A program made the position numbers and the translations under genes. A model generated the notes under the pieces. That model saw only the letters and a program-made list of their open reading frames with translations, was not told the origin of the DNA and did no database searches. DNA of 64,000 bases from Parvibaculaceae bacterium. Its GTDB lineage: Bacteria; Pseudomonadota; Alphaproteobacteria; Rhizobiales; Aestuariivirgaceae. The stretch lies in NCBI GenBank assembly GCA_050246735.1, contig JBFWVM010000001.1:338004-402003 (forward strand), in the 5' to 3' direction. Of this stretch, positions 10,581-22,000 are shown piece after piece. Position 1 is the stretch's first letter, and each line of letters starts with the position of its first letter.

Positions 10581-10832
10581 TCACTCCTTGGAACCCCGGC
10601 CGATTCGGACCGCCCTGGTCCGCCTCGGAGAGGGACTGGTTATATATAGTCTGAAACGCTTCCCTGCCGCCAAAATCGAGTCGTTCTGGCGGAAACCACT
10701 CTGGTGATATGTCGGCATAGCATAGCTTATTTAGAGGCATTCTCAAGCCTTTGACTATCGGTTGTGCATAGCTCGCCGTAACCGCAATGTGTGTTGCGCA
10801 TTCTTGAAATTTTATTGCTATAGTGCAGCGCC

Positions 10833-11306
10833 ATGACCGTCACGGGGCATCTCGACGCCATCGACTGGAAAATCCTGCGGACCCTCCAGGACGACGGCCG
10901 CATCACCAATGTCGAGCTAGCCGAAAAAGTGGGGCTCTCGCCCCCGCCCTGCCTCAGGCGGGTGCGGGCGCTGGAGGAGGCGGGCTATATCGCCGGCTAC
11001 CGGGCCATGCTCAATGCCGAGAAGCTCGGCTTCGAAGTCATGGTCTTCGCCATGGTCGGGCTGAAGACCCAGGCCGAAAGCGAGCTCACCCAGTTCGTCG
11101 AGCAGGTCGGGCGCTGGCCCCTGGTGCGCGAGTGCTATGCGGTCTCCGGCGAGGCCGATTTCATGCTCAAATGCGTCGGCCCCGACCTTCATGCGATGCA
11201 GGACTTCATCATCAAGGACCTGACCGCGGCGGCCAATGTCGACAGCGTGAAGACGACGCTCATCCTGCGCCAGGAAAAATACGAGCCCGGAATCCCGATC
11301 GCATGA
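10833..11306 (+). CDS. Lrp/AsnC family regulator
   Basis: LDAIDWKILRTLQDDGRITNVELAEKVGLSPPPCLRRVR. Confidence 0.95.
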   Translation: MTVTGHLDAIDWKILRTLQDDGRITNVELAEKVGLSPPPCLRRVRALEEAGYIAGYRAMLNAEKLGFEVMVFAMVGLKTQAESELTQFVEQVGRWPLVRECYAVSGEADFMLKCVGPDLHAMQDFIIKDLTAAANVDSVKTTLILRQEKYEPGIPIA

Positions 11307-12511
11307 GCGGTGCCGCGAGCGCGTTCGGCGGCACTTCCGCCAAAGGCTGGTTCGGCCTGACATCGGCGGCCCTGACCGCCGTGGTGGTGGGCTTCGCCTC
11401 GACCATCCTCCTCATCATGGAGGCGGCCGACGCAGTGGGCGCCAACCCGGACGAGAAAGCGTCCTGGGCCGCCGCCTTGTGCATAGGCCAGGCGATCACC
11501 ACCCTGATGCTGAGCTGGCGCTACCGGATGCCGATCATCACCGCCTGGTCGACGCCGGGCGCAGCGCTCATCGCTACCAGCACCTCCGCCGGCATCGACT
11601 ATCCGGGCGCCATCGGCGCGTTCATCGCGGCAGGCCTCCTGATGTGCCTGACCGCGATGTTCAAGCCGGTGGCGCGCGCCATCGAGCGGATCCCGGCCTC
11701 GATCGCCGCGGCGATGCTGGCCGGCGTCCTCCTGCGCTATTCGATGGGCGTTCCCGGTGCGGCCATCGAGCTGCCCTGGCAGGTCCTGCCGCTCATCGCC
11801 GTCTTCTTCGCCCTGCGCGTGTGGCAGCCGTTCTTTGCGGTGCCGGTGGTCGTCGCCGCCGGCATCGCGCTCGCCGCCGCGACGGGCGCTTTCGAAGCCG
11901 GCTGCTGCTCGCTCGGCGTCACGGAACCGGTGTGGACCACGCCCCGCTTCGACTGGCCGATCATCGTCGGCATCGGCCTGCCGCTCTATCTCGTCACCAT
12001 GGCGTCCCAGAACCTGCCCGGCTTCGCGGTGCTCAAGGCCTCGGGCTATCAGCCGCCGGTCAGGGGACCCTTGTGGGTCACCGGCATCGCCTCCGTCGTC
12101 TTCGCTCCCTTCGGCGCGCATCAGCTCAACCTCGCGGCCATCACCGCGTCCATCGTCACCGGACCCGAAGCCCATCCCGATCCGCACAAGCGCTGGCTCG
12201 TCGCCTGGCCCTATCTCGTCCTCTATATATTGGTGGGACTCGCCGCGGCGAGCTTCGTCGCCATCCTGGGCAGCCTGCCCAAGCCCCTCATCACGGCGAT
12301 AGCGGGCCTTGCTCTCTTCGCTCCCCTGCTCGGCAGCGCCACGGCCATGTTCAAGGAGAAGGAGCAGATCGAGGCGGCGCTCGCGACCTTCCTGGTCTCG
12401 GCCTCGGGCATCGCCGTCTACGGGGTAGGGGCGCCCTTCTGGGGCCTGGTCGCCGGACTTGTCCTGCACGGCGCGCGCCACCTCCGGTCCATGAAGCAGC
12501 TCAATGGCTGA
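11303..12511 (+). CDS. BenE/YdcO family membrane transporter
   Basis: AWSTPGAAL, TMASQNLPG, NLAAITA; ATGA overlap with lrp. Confidence 0.9.
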   Translation: MSGAASAFGGTSAKGWFGLTSAALTAVVVGFASTILLIMEAADAVGANPDEKASWAAALCIGQAITTLMLSWRYRMPIITAWSTPGAALIATSTSAGIDYPGAIGAFIAAGLLMCLTAMFKPVARAIERIPASIAAAMLAGVLLRYSMGVPGAAIELPWQVLPLIAVFFALRVWQPFFAVPVVVAAGIALAAATGAFEAGCCSLGVTEPVWTTPRFDWPIIVGIGLPLYLVTMASQNLPGFAVLKASGYQPPVRGPLWVTGIASVVFAPFGAHQLNLAAITASIVTGPEAHPDPHKRWLVAWPYLVLYILVGLAAASFVAILGSLPKPLITAIAGLALFAPLLGSATAMFKEKEQIEAALATFLVSASGIAVYGVGAPFWGLVAGLVLHGARHLRSMKQLNG

Positions 12512-12983
12512 TGCATACGATTTCGCCTTCACGCGGATCACCGGCGAGAGGCTGGCGCTCGCGGACTTCGCCGGCAAGGCGGTCCTCGTCGTCAATACGG
12601 CGTCGGCCTGCGGATACACGCCGCAATATGAAGAGCTGGAGGCGCTCTGGCAGGCGTACAAGGACAAGGGCCTCGTGGTGCTGGGGGTGCCGTGCAACCA
12701 GTTCGGCGGGCAGGAGCCGGGATCGGAAGCCGAGATCGGCGCCTTCTGCCGCAAGGCCTATGGCGTGACCTTCCCCCTCACGGCCAAGACCGAAGTCAAG
12801 GGCAAGGACGCGCACCCCTTCTATCGCTGGGCGAACGCGGCGGCCGGACCCGAAGGTCAGCCCAAGTGGAACTTCCATAAATATCTCGTCGGCCGCGACG
12901 GCTCGCTCTCGGCATGGTTCTCGAGCCGGACGAAGCCGACCGGCCCCAAGATCCGCAAGGCGCTGGAGAAGATTATTTCCTAA
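12504..12983 (+). CDS. Glutathione peroxidase family (BtuE/Gpx-like)
   Basis: VNTASACGYTPQY, PCNQFGGQEPG, KWNFHKYLV. Confidence 0.95.
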   Translation: MADAYDFAFTRITGERLALADFAGKAVLVVNTASACGYTPQYEELEALWQAYKDKGLVVLGVPCNQFGGQEPGSEAEIGAFCRKAYGVTFPLTAKTEVKGKDAHPFYRWANAAAGPEGQPKWNFHKYLVGRDGSLSAWFSSRTKPTGPKIRKALEKIIS

Positions 12984-13117
12984 CGAATGCCGTTCTGTGG
13001 CGGATTTGCCATAGGCAGCGGAAATCGCACCACGAGGCTCCGGCAAAGATTGACGGTATGTGAGCCGGGCCTCATAGTCCAGGAGACGGTGGAGTCTGAA
13101 GGGGAGCATAGAGGGTC

Positions 13118-13822
13118 ATGCGGAAACTGGCTGTCGCCCTGACTCTGGGATCGGCGTTGGGCTTGAGCGGACCGGCCTGGGCCGCCGATATCATCGACGA
13201 ATGCAATGGCGGCTGGGACGGCGTCTATGCCGGCGTCTTTGGCGGCGTGGGCTTTTCATCCTCGGACTGGGACGGCAGCGACGGGGATATTCAGGAATTC
13301 GAAGCGCCGGTCGATGAAACGCTCAACGATACCGCCTTCCTGCTGGGTGGACTGGTCGGTGTCAATTTTCAACACTGCGACTGGGTATTCGGCGCGGAGG
13401 GCGACATTGCCTGGCTCCACTCCAGGGAGCGTGAAAACCTCGACGGCGCCGAAGGCCTCGATATCACGTCCAAGATCGATTTCCTCGGCTCCGTGCGCGC
13501 CAGAGTCGGTTATGCGCCGGGTCGCACCCTGTACTATCTGACCGGCGGCCTCGCCTTCTCGGATGCCAAACATACGTGGGATGACCATGGCAGTGTTGAT
13601 TTCGACCTGTCCCCGGAGAGCGTCAAGCTCGATTTCGGCTGGGTCATCGGCGCCGGCATCGAGCATGCCTGGACCGACAATCTCCTGGTCCGCATCGAGG
13701 GGCTATATTTCGATCTCGGCTCCGAGGATGGCGAAGTCGACAACGAGGAAGAAACCGACACGTTCGAGGTGGATCAGGACATCTTCGTCGGCCGGATCGG
13801 CATAAGCTACAAGCTCAACTAG
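13118..13822 (+). CDS. Omp25/RopB-type outer membrane beta-barrel
   Basis: Signal peptide; WDGVYAG, GAEGD, VRARVGYA, GWVIGAGIEHA. Confidence 0.88.
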   Translation: MRKLAVALTLGSALGLSGPAWAADIIDECNGGWDGVYAGVFGGVGFSSSDWDGSDGDIQEFEAPVDETLNDTAFLLGGLVGVNFQHCDWVFGAEGDIAWLHSRERENLDGAEGLDITSKIDFLGSVRARVGYAPGRTLYYLTGGLAFSDAKHTWDDHGSVDFDLSPESVKLDFGWVIGAGIEHAWTDNLLVRIEGLYFDLGSEDGEVDNEEETDTFEVDQDIFVGRIGISYKLN

Positions 13823-13852
13823 CCGTCCGATCCGGTGCGGGGCCGACCGGCC

Positions 13853-14632
13853 GTGACGCATTGGCAAAAATACCATGCCGCATGGTCCAAGCTCGAAGCG
13901 CCGCTGCGGCCCAATGCCGAGACGCTCGGCAGGATCCACGAGCTCACCGGCGGCGCCGGTCCAGCCCTGCTGCTGGGCGTGACGCCAGAGCTCGCCAGGG
14001 CCTTCGATCCGGTGCTCGGCGTCGACAAGAACAAGGCGATGATCGACCATGTCTGGCCTGGCGACACCGCGACCCGAAAGGCCCTGCATGCCGACTGGCT
14101 CGATCTCGACGAGCCGAAAGGCCACTTCGCCGCGGTGGTCGGCGACGGCAGCCTCAATGCCGTGACGACCTTGCGGGAGGTCGGGCTCGTCCTGACGCGC
14201 GTCGTCGATCTCATGGCCCCCGGCGGACGTTTCGCCTGCCGGCTCTACGAGCGCCCGCAGCAGCCTTTCACCGAGGACCATCTGCGCGAGGCCGGTTCAC
14301 GGCGCGCCACGCTCAATTTCCATGCCTTCAAATGGCAGCTCGCCATGCATCTCGCCGACAGGGTCGGCGCATCGATGCCGGTCGTGCTCATCCGCGAACG
14401 CTTCAACGAGCTGTTTCCCGACCGCGACCGGCTCGCCCGCGACACCGGCTGGTCCCGTGACATCATCGACATGATCGACATCTACAGGGGCTCGCCCGCC
14501 ATCTATGTGTTCCCCGACCGCCGCGAGTTCCTCGACGCCCTGCCGAAAGGCGTCTGCGACGTGCGGTTCGCGCCTTCGGGCAGCTATGATCTTGCCGAAT
14601 GCTGTCCTATGCTCACCTTCCGCAAGAACTGA
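13853..14632 (+). CDS. Class I SAM-dependent methyltransferase-like protein
   Basis: LLLGVTPE, GVDKN, DWLDL, VVGDGSLN pattern; start codon uncertain. Confidence 0.65.
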   Translation: MTHWQKYHAAWSKLEAPLRPNAETLGRIHELTGGAGPALLLGVTPELARAFDPVLGVDKNKAMIDHVWPGDTATRKALHADWLDLDEPKGHFAAVVGDGSLNAVTTLREVGLVLTRVVDLMAPGGRFACRLYERPQQPFTEDHLREAGSRRATLNFHAFKWQLAMHLADRVGASMPVVLIRERFNELFPDRDRLARDTGWSRDIIDMIDIYRGSPAIYVFPDRREFLDALPKGVCDVRFAPSGSYDLAECCPMLTFRKN

Positions 14633-14680
14633 GGCCGTTCCCGTCTGAAGACCGTTCCGCAGAGATCCGATGTCGAAGGG

Positions 14681-15997
14681 GTGGCATGGCCCCCCATCGC
14701 GCTCGACGAGAACGCCGTGCTGACGGCGCTTCTCGCCCAGCTCGATGCGACCCAATGGCTGACGCCCGCCGAGCTCGAGGAGAACCAGGCCCGCCAGCTC
14801 GCCGTCGTCAGCGAGCACCACAAGGCCCATACGCCAGCCTTCGCGGCGCGTCTCAAGACCGCGAGGGTGAGCTATGTCGACACCATGGAGCGCCTGCGCC
14901 ACATCGAGCCCCTGTCGCGCGGCGCCGTGCAGGCCCTGGGCGAGCAGTTCTTCGCCAGGCAGGTGCCGCGCCACCATCTGCCGCTCGGCGCCGCCAAGAC
15001 CTCGGGCTCGACCGGCGAGCCGGTCGCGGTGCGGAAGACCGCCGTCAACCGGCTGTTCTGGTCGGCCTTCACATTGCGCGACCATCTGTGGAACGAGCGC
15101 TCCTTCAGCCTCAGGATGAGCTCGATCCGCGCCAATATCAGCAGATATGTCGATGCCAGGGACTGGGGCGCGCCGGTCGGCAACCTGTTCAGGACCGGCC
15201 AGGCGCAGGGCATTCCGATCACGACCGACATCCGCGAGCAGCTGAGGCTGCTGCGGCGCTTCCGTCCCGAGCTCCTGATCGTCTATCCCAACAACCTGGA
15301 TGCGTTCGTGTCCATCTGGGAAAAAGAGGGCTTCGGTCTCGCGGGCCTTCGCCATCTCAAGACCATCGGCGAGACCGTGAGCGCCGATCTGCGTCGGCGC
15401 GCCAGGCAGACCACCGGCCTCGAGATCGAGGACAACTACTCTTCGCAGGAAGCCGGTACCATCGCCATTCAGTGCCGGGCGAGCGGCCTCTATCACGTCA
15501 TGTCGGAAGCGCTGATCGTCGAGGTCCTCGATGAGCGCTGGGCGCCGTGCCGGGAAGGGGAGATCGGCCGGGTGGTGGTGAGCGACCTGCACAATCTGGC
15601 GACGCCGCTCATCCGCTACGATATCGGCGATTACGCCGAGGTCGGCCCGCCCTGTCCCTGCGGCCGCGGCCTGCCGACGCTGAAGAGAATACTGGGCCGC
15701 GAACGCAATCTGGTGCGGCTGCCCGACGGATCGCGGAACTGGCCGCTCGTCGGCTTCCATCACTATGATACGGTCGCACCGATCCGGCAGTATCAGCTGA
15801 TCCAGCATACAATCGACGAAATCGAGCTCAGGCTGGTCGCCGACGAGGATCTGAGCCGCGAGCAGGAGGAGCAGCTCATCGAGATCGTCAGGCGGTCGTT
15901 AGGCCATCCGTTCAGGATCACGATCACGCAATCGCGGGAAAGGCTGCCGGTGGGGCCCAACGGCAAGCTCGAAGAGTTCATCTGCAGGCTTCCCTGA
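14681..15997 (+). CDS. Phenylacetate-CoA ligase/CapK-like adenylate-forming enzyme
   Basis: TSGSTGEP P-loop, YSSQEAG, PLIRYDIGD, GRERN. Confidence 0.85.
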   Translation: MAWPPIALDENAVLTALLAQLDATQWLTPAELEENQARQLAVVSEHHKAHTPAFAARLKTARVSYVDTMERLRHIEPLSRGAVQALGEQFFARQVPRHHLPLGAAKTSGSTGEPVAVRKTAVNRLFWSAFTLRDHLWNERSFSLRMSSIRANISRYVDARDWGAPVGNLFRTGQAQGIPITTDIREQLRLLRRFRPELLIVYPNNLDAFVSIWEKEGFGLAGLRHLKTIGETVSADLRRRARQTTGLEIEDNYSSQEAGTIAIQCRASGLYHVMSEALIVEVLDERWAPCREGEIGRVVVSDLHNLATPLIRYDIGDYAEVGPPCPCGRGLPTLKRILGRERNLVRLPDGSRNWPLVGFHHYDTVAPIRQYQLIQHTIDEIELRLVADEDLSREQEEQLIEIVRRSLGHPFRITITQSRERLPVGPNGKLEEFICRLP

Positions 15998-16010
15998 CCG
16001 CCGCCTGCGA

Positions 16011-16691
16011 TCACGCGCCGAAATCGCCGGTCTCCCGCTCGAGGCGGGGCCGGTCGAGAATGGTGAGGCCGCCGCGACGCAGGCCCACGATCTTGCGCTT
16101 TTTCCAGGCCTGCAGCTGCCGGTTCACGCTTTCGCGGCTGGCGCTGACGAGGCCGGCCAGATCCTCCTGGGAGGAGGGGATCTCGTCGCCGAACTCCTCC
16201 GACAGGGTGAGCAGGCGGCGGGCGAGGGCGGCCGCCAGAGGCAGCAAGGCGGCCTCGCCGACGCGCTCCTTGACCTGGCGCAGCTTGCCGCAGAGATAGG
16301 CGATCACATGCACCGCGACCTCGGGATGCGCCTCGACGAAGGCGAGGAACGCGTTGCGCGGCAGGCGGAAGATCTCGGACGGCTCGACCACGATGGCGCT
16401 CGCCATGCGCGGACCGCCGTCGAGGAAACCGACCACGCCGAAGGTGCTCTTCGGACCGAACAGGTTGAGCGTCATCTCCCTGCCGTCGGAAGAGACGATC
16501 GCCGTGCGCACCCGCCCGGTCCTGATGCCGTAGAGCGCATCTCCGGCCTCGCCCATATGGAAAATTACCTCGCCCTTGCCATAGCGGCGCATGCGGCAGA
16601 GGCCGGCAAGCGATTGCGCATAGGGTGCCGCCAGCTCGGAGAAGGGCTCGGTGCGCGCGATGATGGAGAAGACGGGATCGGACTTGAGCAT
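16011..16691 (-). CDS. Crp/Fnr family regulator
   Basis: cNMP-binding barrel (FGVVGFLDGGPRMASA); HTH SQEDLAGLVSASRESVNRQL. Confidence 0.9.
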   Translation of the reverse strand: MLKSDPVFSIIARTEPFSELAAPYAQSLAGLCRMRRYGKGEVIFHMGEAGDALYGIRTGRVRTAIVSSDGREMTLNLFGPKSTFGVVGFLDGGPRMASAIVVEPSEIFRLPRNAFLAFVEAHPEVAVHVIAYLCGKLRQVKERVGEAALLPLAAALARRLLTLSEEFGDEIPSSQEDLAGLVSASRESVNRQLQAWKKRKIVGLRRGGLTILDRPRLERETGDFGA

Positions 16692-16810
16692 AGGCCACGG
16701 GCTTTCTGGCGGTTTTTGCGGTGAGCGACTGTGAGCCGGATCACAGTCGCTCGCCGCCTTCCGTGTCATCCTAGCACGAAATGACCGTCATCGGATCGGG
16801 AGGAACCGCC

Positions 16811-17155
16811 TTGGATTATGTCGTCATGTTCGAAGACAACGAGCGCAACGCGCACAAGCGCGCCGAGCTCATGGTGGAGCATCTGGCGTTCCTGCGCGCG
16901 AATGCCATGCAGATTTCGGCCGCCGGCCCCCTGAAGGATGCGGAAGCCGGCACGCCGGCCGGCGGCCTGTGGCTGGTGAGCGCCGCAAGCCCGGCGCAGG
17001 TCGCAGCGCTGGTCAAGGCCGATCCCTTCTGGCCGACGGGCCTCAGGAAGTCGTTCAGGATCCTCGAATGGATCAAGGTGTTCGCGCCGCTTCAGGAAAG
17101 CCTGGAGAGGCCGGGCGGTTGTGAGGGATCCGGTCCTTTTGCCGAACCTGCTTAA
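16811..17155 (+). CDS. YciI family protein
   Basis: HLAFL...AAGPL...GGL...DPFW; TTG start after GGAGGA. Confidence 0.8.
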   Translation: MDYVVMFEDNERNAHKRAELMVEHLAFLRANAMQISAAGPLKDAEAGTPAGGLWLVSAASPAQVAALVKADPFWPTGLRKSFRILEWIKVFAPLQESLERPGGCEGSGPFAEPA

Positions 17156-17205
17156 AGCAAAGGCCGGACAGCGCCCGGCCTTTCAATCGTCGGATCGCGG
17201 CGCGG

Positions 17206-17679
17206 TCAGTTGTAGCGGACCTTCACGATCTCGTAGCTCTTGCCGCCGCCGGGGGTCGCGACCTCGACCGAGTCGCCTTTGCGCTTGCCGATGATGGCGC
17301 GCGCGATGGGCGATGACACCGAGATCATGCCCTTCTTCACGTCGGCCTCGAACTCGCCGACGATCTGGTAGACGGCCTCGTCCTCGGTATCCTCGTCGAC
17401 GAGCGTCACTTTGGCGCCGAACTTGACCGTGTCGCCGGACAGCTTGGAGATGTCGATCACCTCGGCGCGGCTGATCTTGTCCTCGAGCTCGGCGACCCTG
17501 GCCTCGGTCCAGCCCTGCTGCTCCTTGGCGGCATGATATTCGGCGTTCTCGGACAGATCACCATGCGAGCGCGCTTCCTCGATGGCGCGGATGATGCGCG
17601 GGCGCTCGACCGATTTCAGGTGCTTGATCTCGTCCATCATGGCGGCATGGCCTGCCGCAGTCATCGGAACCTTGTCCAT
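17206..17679 (-). CDS. greA: Transcription elongation factor GreA
   Basis: [28 protein letters not shown]. Confidence 0.97.
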   Translation of the reverse strand: MDKVPMTAAGHAAMMDEIKHLKSVERPRIIRAIEEARSHGDLSENAEYHAAKEQQGWTEARVAELEDKISRAEVIDISKLSGDTVKFGAKVTLVDEDTEDEAVYQIVGEFEADVKKGMISVSSPIARAIIGKRKGDSVEVATPGGGKSYEIVKVRYN

Positions 17680-17857
17680 GGCGTCGTAAATCCGTCAGTT
17701 CAACTCTTTCCGGCGGGACCGAAAGCCCGCGCCGGGGTCACATGCATCCGTGTAAGCGGAAACCCGTTCCCGATGGATGGCCGGTTGGGCGGGCCATCCC
17801 CCGGAACAGCCCACAAAGATGGCTTAAGGCGGAGAGGAATTCAAGAGTCGCGTTAAA

Positions 17858-18850
17858 CTACTCAGCAGCTTGGCGAATTTCGGTTTCCGGGGAGGGCTGC
17901 GGAGGCCGGCGCATGGGCCCCCTGAGCTGCTTCAGACCGGTCTCCACCAGGGCGCCGGCGAAGCTGTCCTGGTCGGCGGCGAAAAGGTCGGGGAGGCTCG
18001 CCCAGGAGGCGAGCGGGTGGCGGTGGTGCACCCGATGCATGTTGTGGTTGAGGATGAAAGGCTTCACGAAGGCGGGCACCGACAGGTTGTTCGCCGCCGC
18101 GGGATCATGCGCATCGGTGCCGTAGTGATAGGCGTTGTCGTAGAAGGACACGATCAGCCCGCGCCAGAAGAACAGGAGCACGAAGGGCGTGAGGTCGTGC
18201 CAGTTGCACCAGCATTGCAGCGCGATGAAGCCGACGCTCAGCACCGCGTCGAACTGGATGGCCTGCACCATCCGGCGGGTGAACATGTCGAGTATGATGG
18301 CGATCGCCTGGTTCTGGGTGAAGGCCAGGACGACGCGCTTCACCCGCTTCCAGAAGAAGAACAGGAGCGGCGCCAGCACTTCCGAAACATAGAGGCCGCC
18401 CAGGATGCGGACATAATAGGCCAGCCACCACACGACGAAATGGCGCGTCCCGGCAGGCACGAGCTCGGTCGTGTCGAGCTCGCTCCTGTTGTAGCGGTGA
18501 TGCGTCATGTGCCCGACCTTCAGGATATGGAACGGGCAGCCGAAGAGCACGCCGAGGACGCGGCCCAGCCGGTCGTTCGCCCGGCGGCCGTGCAGGAGCT
18601 TGTAGTGAATGGCCTCGTGGATGAGCAGCCAGCACATCACCGTGGCATAGCCATAGGCCAGGAGATAGGCGAAGAAAGCCAAGCCGCTCCACGCCCAGAT
18701 CACCGGCGTCAGCGCAAGTCCCGCCAGCTGGAACAGGATGGCGAAGGCCGAGAAGGCGATATTCTGCTTCTGCGGCAGGTAGCGCAGGGAAGACCTGTCC
18801 GGACCGGCTCGCGCGGCGACGGGCGGGGGCGATTCTATTCCATATGCCAT
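17858..18850 (-). CDS. Membrane fatty-acid desaturase family di-iron enzyme
   Basis: His boxes HEAIH, HMTHH, HNMHRVHH; NAYHY. Confidence 0.88.
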   Translation of the reverse strand: MAYGIESPPPVAARAGPDRSSLRYLPQKQNIAFSAFAILFQLAGLALTPVIWAWSGLAFFAYLLAYGYATVMCWLLIHEAIHYKLLHGRRANDRLGRVLGVLFGCPFHILKVGHMTHHRYNRSELDTTELVPAGTRHFVVWWLAYYVRILGGLYVSEVLAPLLFFFWKRVKRVVLAFTQNQAIAIILDMFTRRMVQAIQFDAVLSVGFIALQCWCNWHDLTPFVLLFFWRGLIVSFYDNAYHYGTDAHDPAAANNLSVPAFVKPFILNHNMHRVHHRHPLASWASLPDLFAADQDSFAGALVETGLKQLRGPMRRPPQPSPETEIRQAAE

Positions 18851-19017
18851 TCTTCACTCTCATCCGCTTGCGGCGAACCGTTCTTGACCACGCTCTTCGG
18901 ATTAAGAATGCCTAGTGAGCCCGATGTCCGGCCTGTCGAACCCCCCATTCCGGCCTCGGAGGCCGCTCGCTTGCGCATCACGGCGGCAGAGTCGGGATGG
19001 CCGTCCGACGACCGACG

Positions 19018-22000
19018 TCATGCATGATAATCTTGCAAGGGACGCACGTCGAGAGTGCCGGCCTTCTGGGCGGCGATCGCCTTGGTGACCGCGAGGATAC
19101 CGGGAAGCGTCGTGTAATGCGGCACCTTCTGCAGCAGGGCCGTCTGGCGGATCGGCTTCGAATCGGATTCCGAGACCTTCGATTCGGTGGTGTTGAGGAC
19201 AAGCTGGATCTCGCCGTTCTTCAGGGCGTCGACGACATTGGGGCGGCCCTCCAGCACCTTGTTGACCTTGGTGCAGGCGAGCCCCTTGGCCTCGAGGAAA
19301 CGCTGGGTGCCGCCCGTCGCGCAGATGCGGAAGCCCAGATCGATGAGCTTCCTGACGGCGGGCAGGATGCGCGGCTTGTCGGCCTCCCTGACCGAAATGA
19401 AGACGGTGCCGGCGAGCGGCACCCGCATGCCGGCGCCGAGCTGGCTCTTGGCGAAGGCCATGTCGTAGCTCCTGTCGAGGCCCATGACCTCGCCCGTCGA
19501 GCGCATTTCGGGCCCCAGGAGGACATCGACGCCGGGAAAGCGATTGAAGGGGAAAACGGCTTCCTTTACAGCGACATGAGTCAGTTTCTTGGGCTTCAGC
19601 CTGAAGCTGGCCAGGCTCTCGCCCGCCATGACCCGCGCGGCGATCTTGGCCACCGGCTCGCCGATCACCTTGGCGACGAAAGGAACGGTGCGCGAGGCGC
19701 GCGGATTGACCTCGAGGATGTAGACCTCGCCGTCCTTGACGGCGAACTGCACGTTCATGAGGCCCACGACCTTGAGCGCCAGGGCGAGCTCGCCCGCCTG
19801 CTTCTCGATCTCGTGGACGATCGTGCTTTTGAGCGAATAGGGCGGCAGGGAGCAGGCGCTGTCGCCCGAATGGATGCCGGCTTCCTCGATGTGCTCCATC
19901 ACGCCGGCGATGAAGACGTCCCTGCCGTCGGCGATGGCGTCGACGTCGACTTCGATGGCGTTGGACAGATATGAGTCGATGAGGACCGGGCTGTCGCCCG
20001 AGACGACCACGGCCTCGGTGATGTAGCGGGCGAGCTGCGCCTCGTCGCGCACGATCTCCATGGCGCGTCCGCCCAGGACGTAGGACGGCCGGATGACGAC
20101 CGGGAAGCCGATCGAGCGGGCGATCTTGCGCGCCTCCGCGGCCGATCGGGCGATGCCGTTGCGGGGCTGACGCAGCCTGAGCTTCCTGAGCAGCCTGGCG
20201 AAGCGGTCGCGGTCCTCGGCGAGGTCGATGGCGTCGGGCGTCGTGCCGAGGATCGGCACGCCGGCGCTTTCGAGGGCATGGGCGAGATTGAGCGGCGTCT
20301 GGCCTCCGAACTGGACGATGACGCCCTTGAGCCTGCCGTTCGACTGCTCGGCGGCGATGATCTCGAGCACGTCCTCGGCGGTCAGTGGCTCGAAATAGAG
20401 CCGGTCGGAAGTGTCGTAGTCGGTCGACACGGTCTCGGGATTGCAGTTGACCATGATCGATTCATAGCCGGCGTCATGCAGCGCGAAGCAGGCATGGCAG
20501 CAGCAATAGTCGAATTCGATGCCCTGGCCGATGCGGTTGGGACCGCCGCCCAGGATGACGATCTTCTCCTTCGCCGAGGGCCTGGCCTCGTTGCCGTCGT
20601 CACCGGCAAGGCCCGTCTCGTAGGTCGAGTACATATAGGCGGTGGGGGAGGCGAATTCCGCCGCACAGGTGTCGATGCGCTTGAACACCGGCCTGACGCC
20701 GAGCTTGACGCGATGGGCGCGCACCCGGTCCTCGCTCGAACGGATGAGCTCGGCCAGGCGGCGGTCGGAGAAGCCCATGGCCTTCAGCGCCCGGAAGTTC
20801 ACAGCATCCCTGGGCAGGCCCCAGGCGCGGATCTTCTCCTCCGTCTGCACGATCTGGGCGATCTCGCGGATGAACCAGGGATCGTATTTGCAGGCCGCAT
20901 GGATCTGCTCGACGGTGGCGCCCAGCCGCAGGGCCTGCGCCAGCTTGAGGATGCGGTCGGGGCGGGGAGCGGCGAGGGCGGCGCGGATGGCGTTCTTGTC
21001 GTCGTCCTCGCCTATCCCGGCGATCTCGATCTCGTTGAGCCCGGTGAGGCCCGTTTCCAGTCCACGCAAGGCCTTCTGCAGCGATTCCTGGAAGGTCCGG
21101 CCGATGGCCATCACCTCGCCGACCGACTTCATGGCGGTGGTCAGCGTGGGCTCGGCGCCGGGGAACTTCTCGAAGGCGAAACGCGGGATCTTGGTGACGA
21201 CATAGTCGATGGTGGGCTCGAAGGAGGCCGGCGTAACGCCGCCGGTGATGTCGTTGGCAAGCTCGTCCAGCGTATAGCCCACGGCGAGCCGCGCCGCGAC
21301 CTTGGCGATCGGGAAGCCGGTCGCCTTGGAGGCGAGGGCGGAAGAGCGCGACACGCGCGGGTTCATCTCGATCACGACCAGGCGCCCCGTCTGCGGATTG
21401 ACGGCGAATTGCACGTTGGAGCCGCCGGTCTCGACGCCGATCTCGCGCAGCACCGCGACCGAGGCGTTGCGCATCATCTGATATTCCTTGTCGGTCAGGG
21501 TCAGCGCCGGGGCGACGGTGATCGAATCGCCGGTGTGGACGCCCATCGGATCGACGTTCTCGATCGAGCAGATGATGATGCAATTGTCGTCGCGGTCGCG
21601 CACCACCTCCATCTCGTATTCCTTCCAGCCGAGCACCGATTCCTCGATCAGCACTTCGGCGGTGGGCGAGGCGTCGAGCCCGCTCTCGACGATGTCGAAG
21701 AACTCCTCGCGGTTGTAGGCGATGCCGCCGCCGGTGCCGCCGAGGGTGAAGGAGGGGCGGATGATGCAGGGGAGCCCGATCTCGAGCATCGCCTCGAACG
21801 CCTCGACCAGTGCGCGGTTGCGGTAGCGCTTGAGCCGCTCGGGCTCGGTCGCCGTCCACTGGCGCTCGAAGGCCTCGACATCGCCGCCTTGGCCCTTGAG
21901 CGTCTCGGCCTCGGCCGCGAAGGCCTCGCGGTCGGCCTCCTTGAGAGCCGAGGCGTTGGCCAGCATGGATCTGGGCGTCTCGAGGCCGATCTTCTTCATC

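Noticed and set aside
12504-12983. BtuE-like Gpx as part of the B12 cluster
   Set aside because: It is 4 kb away in the lrp-benE operon, and BtuE is a peroxidase with no established transport role.
17680-17857. Possible structured greA leader
   Set aside because: Only weak hairpins and no clear terminator.
21780-21970. About 40-aa insertion in CarB (KEADREAF...RYRNR)
   Set aside because: Similar insertions are, from recall, common in Rhizobiales CarB, so it is not treated as novel.
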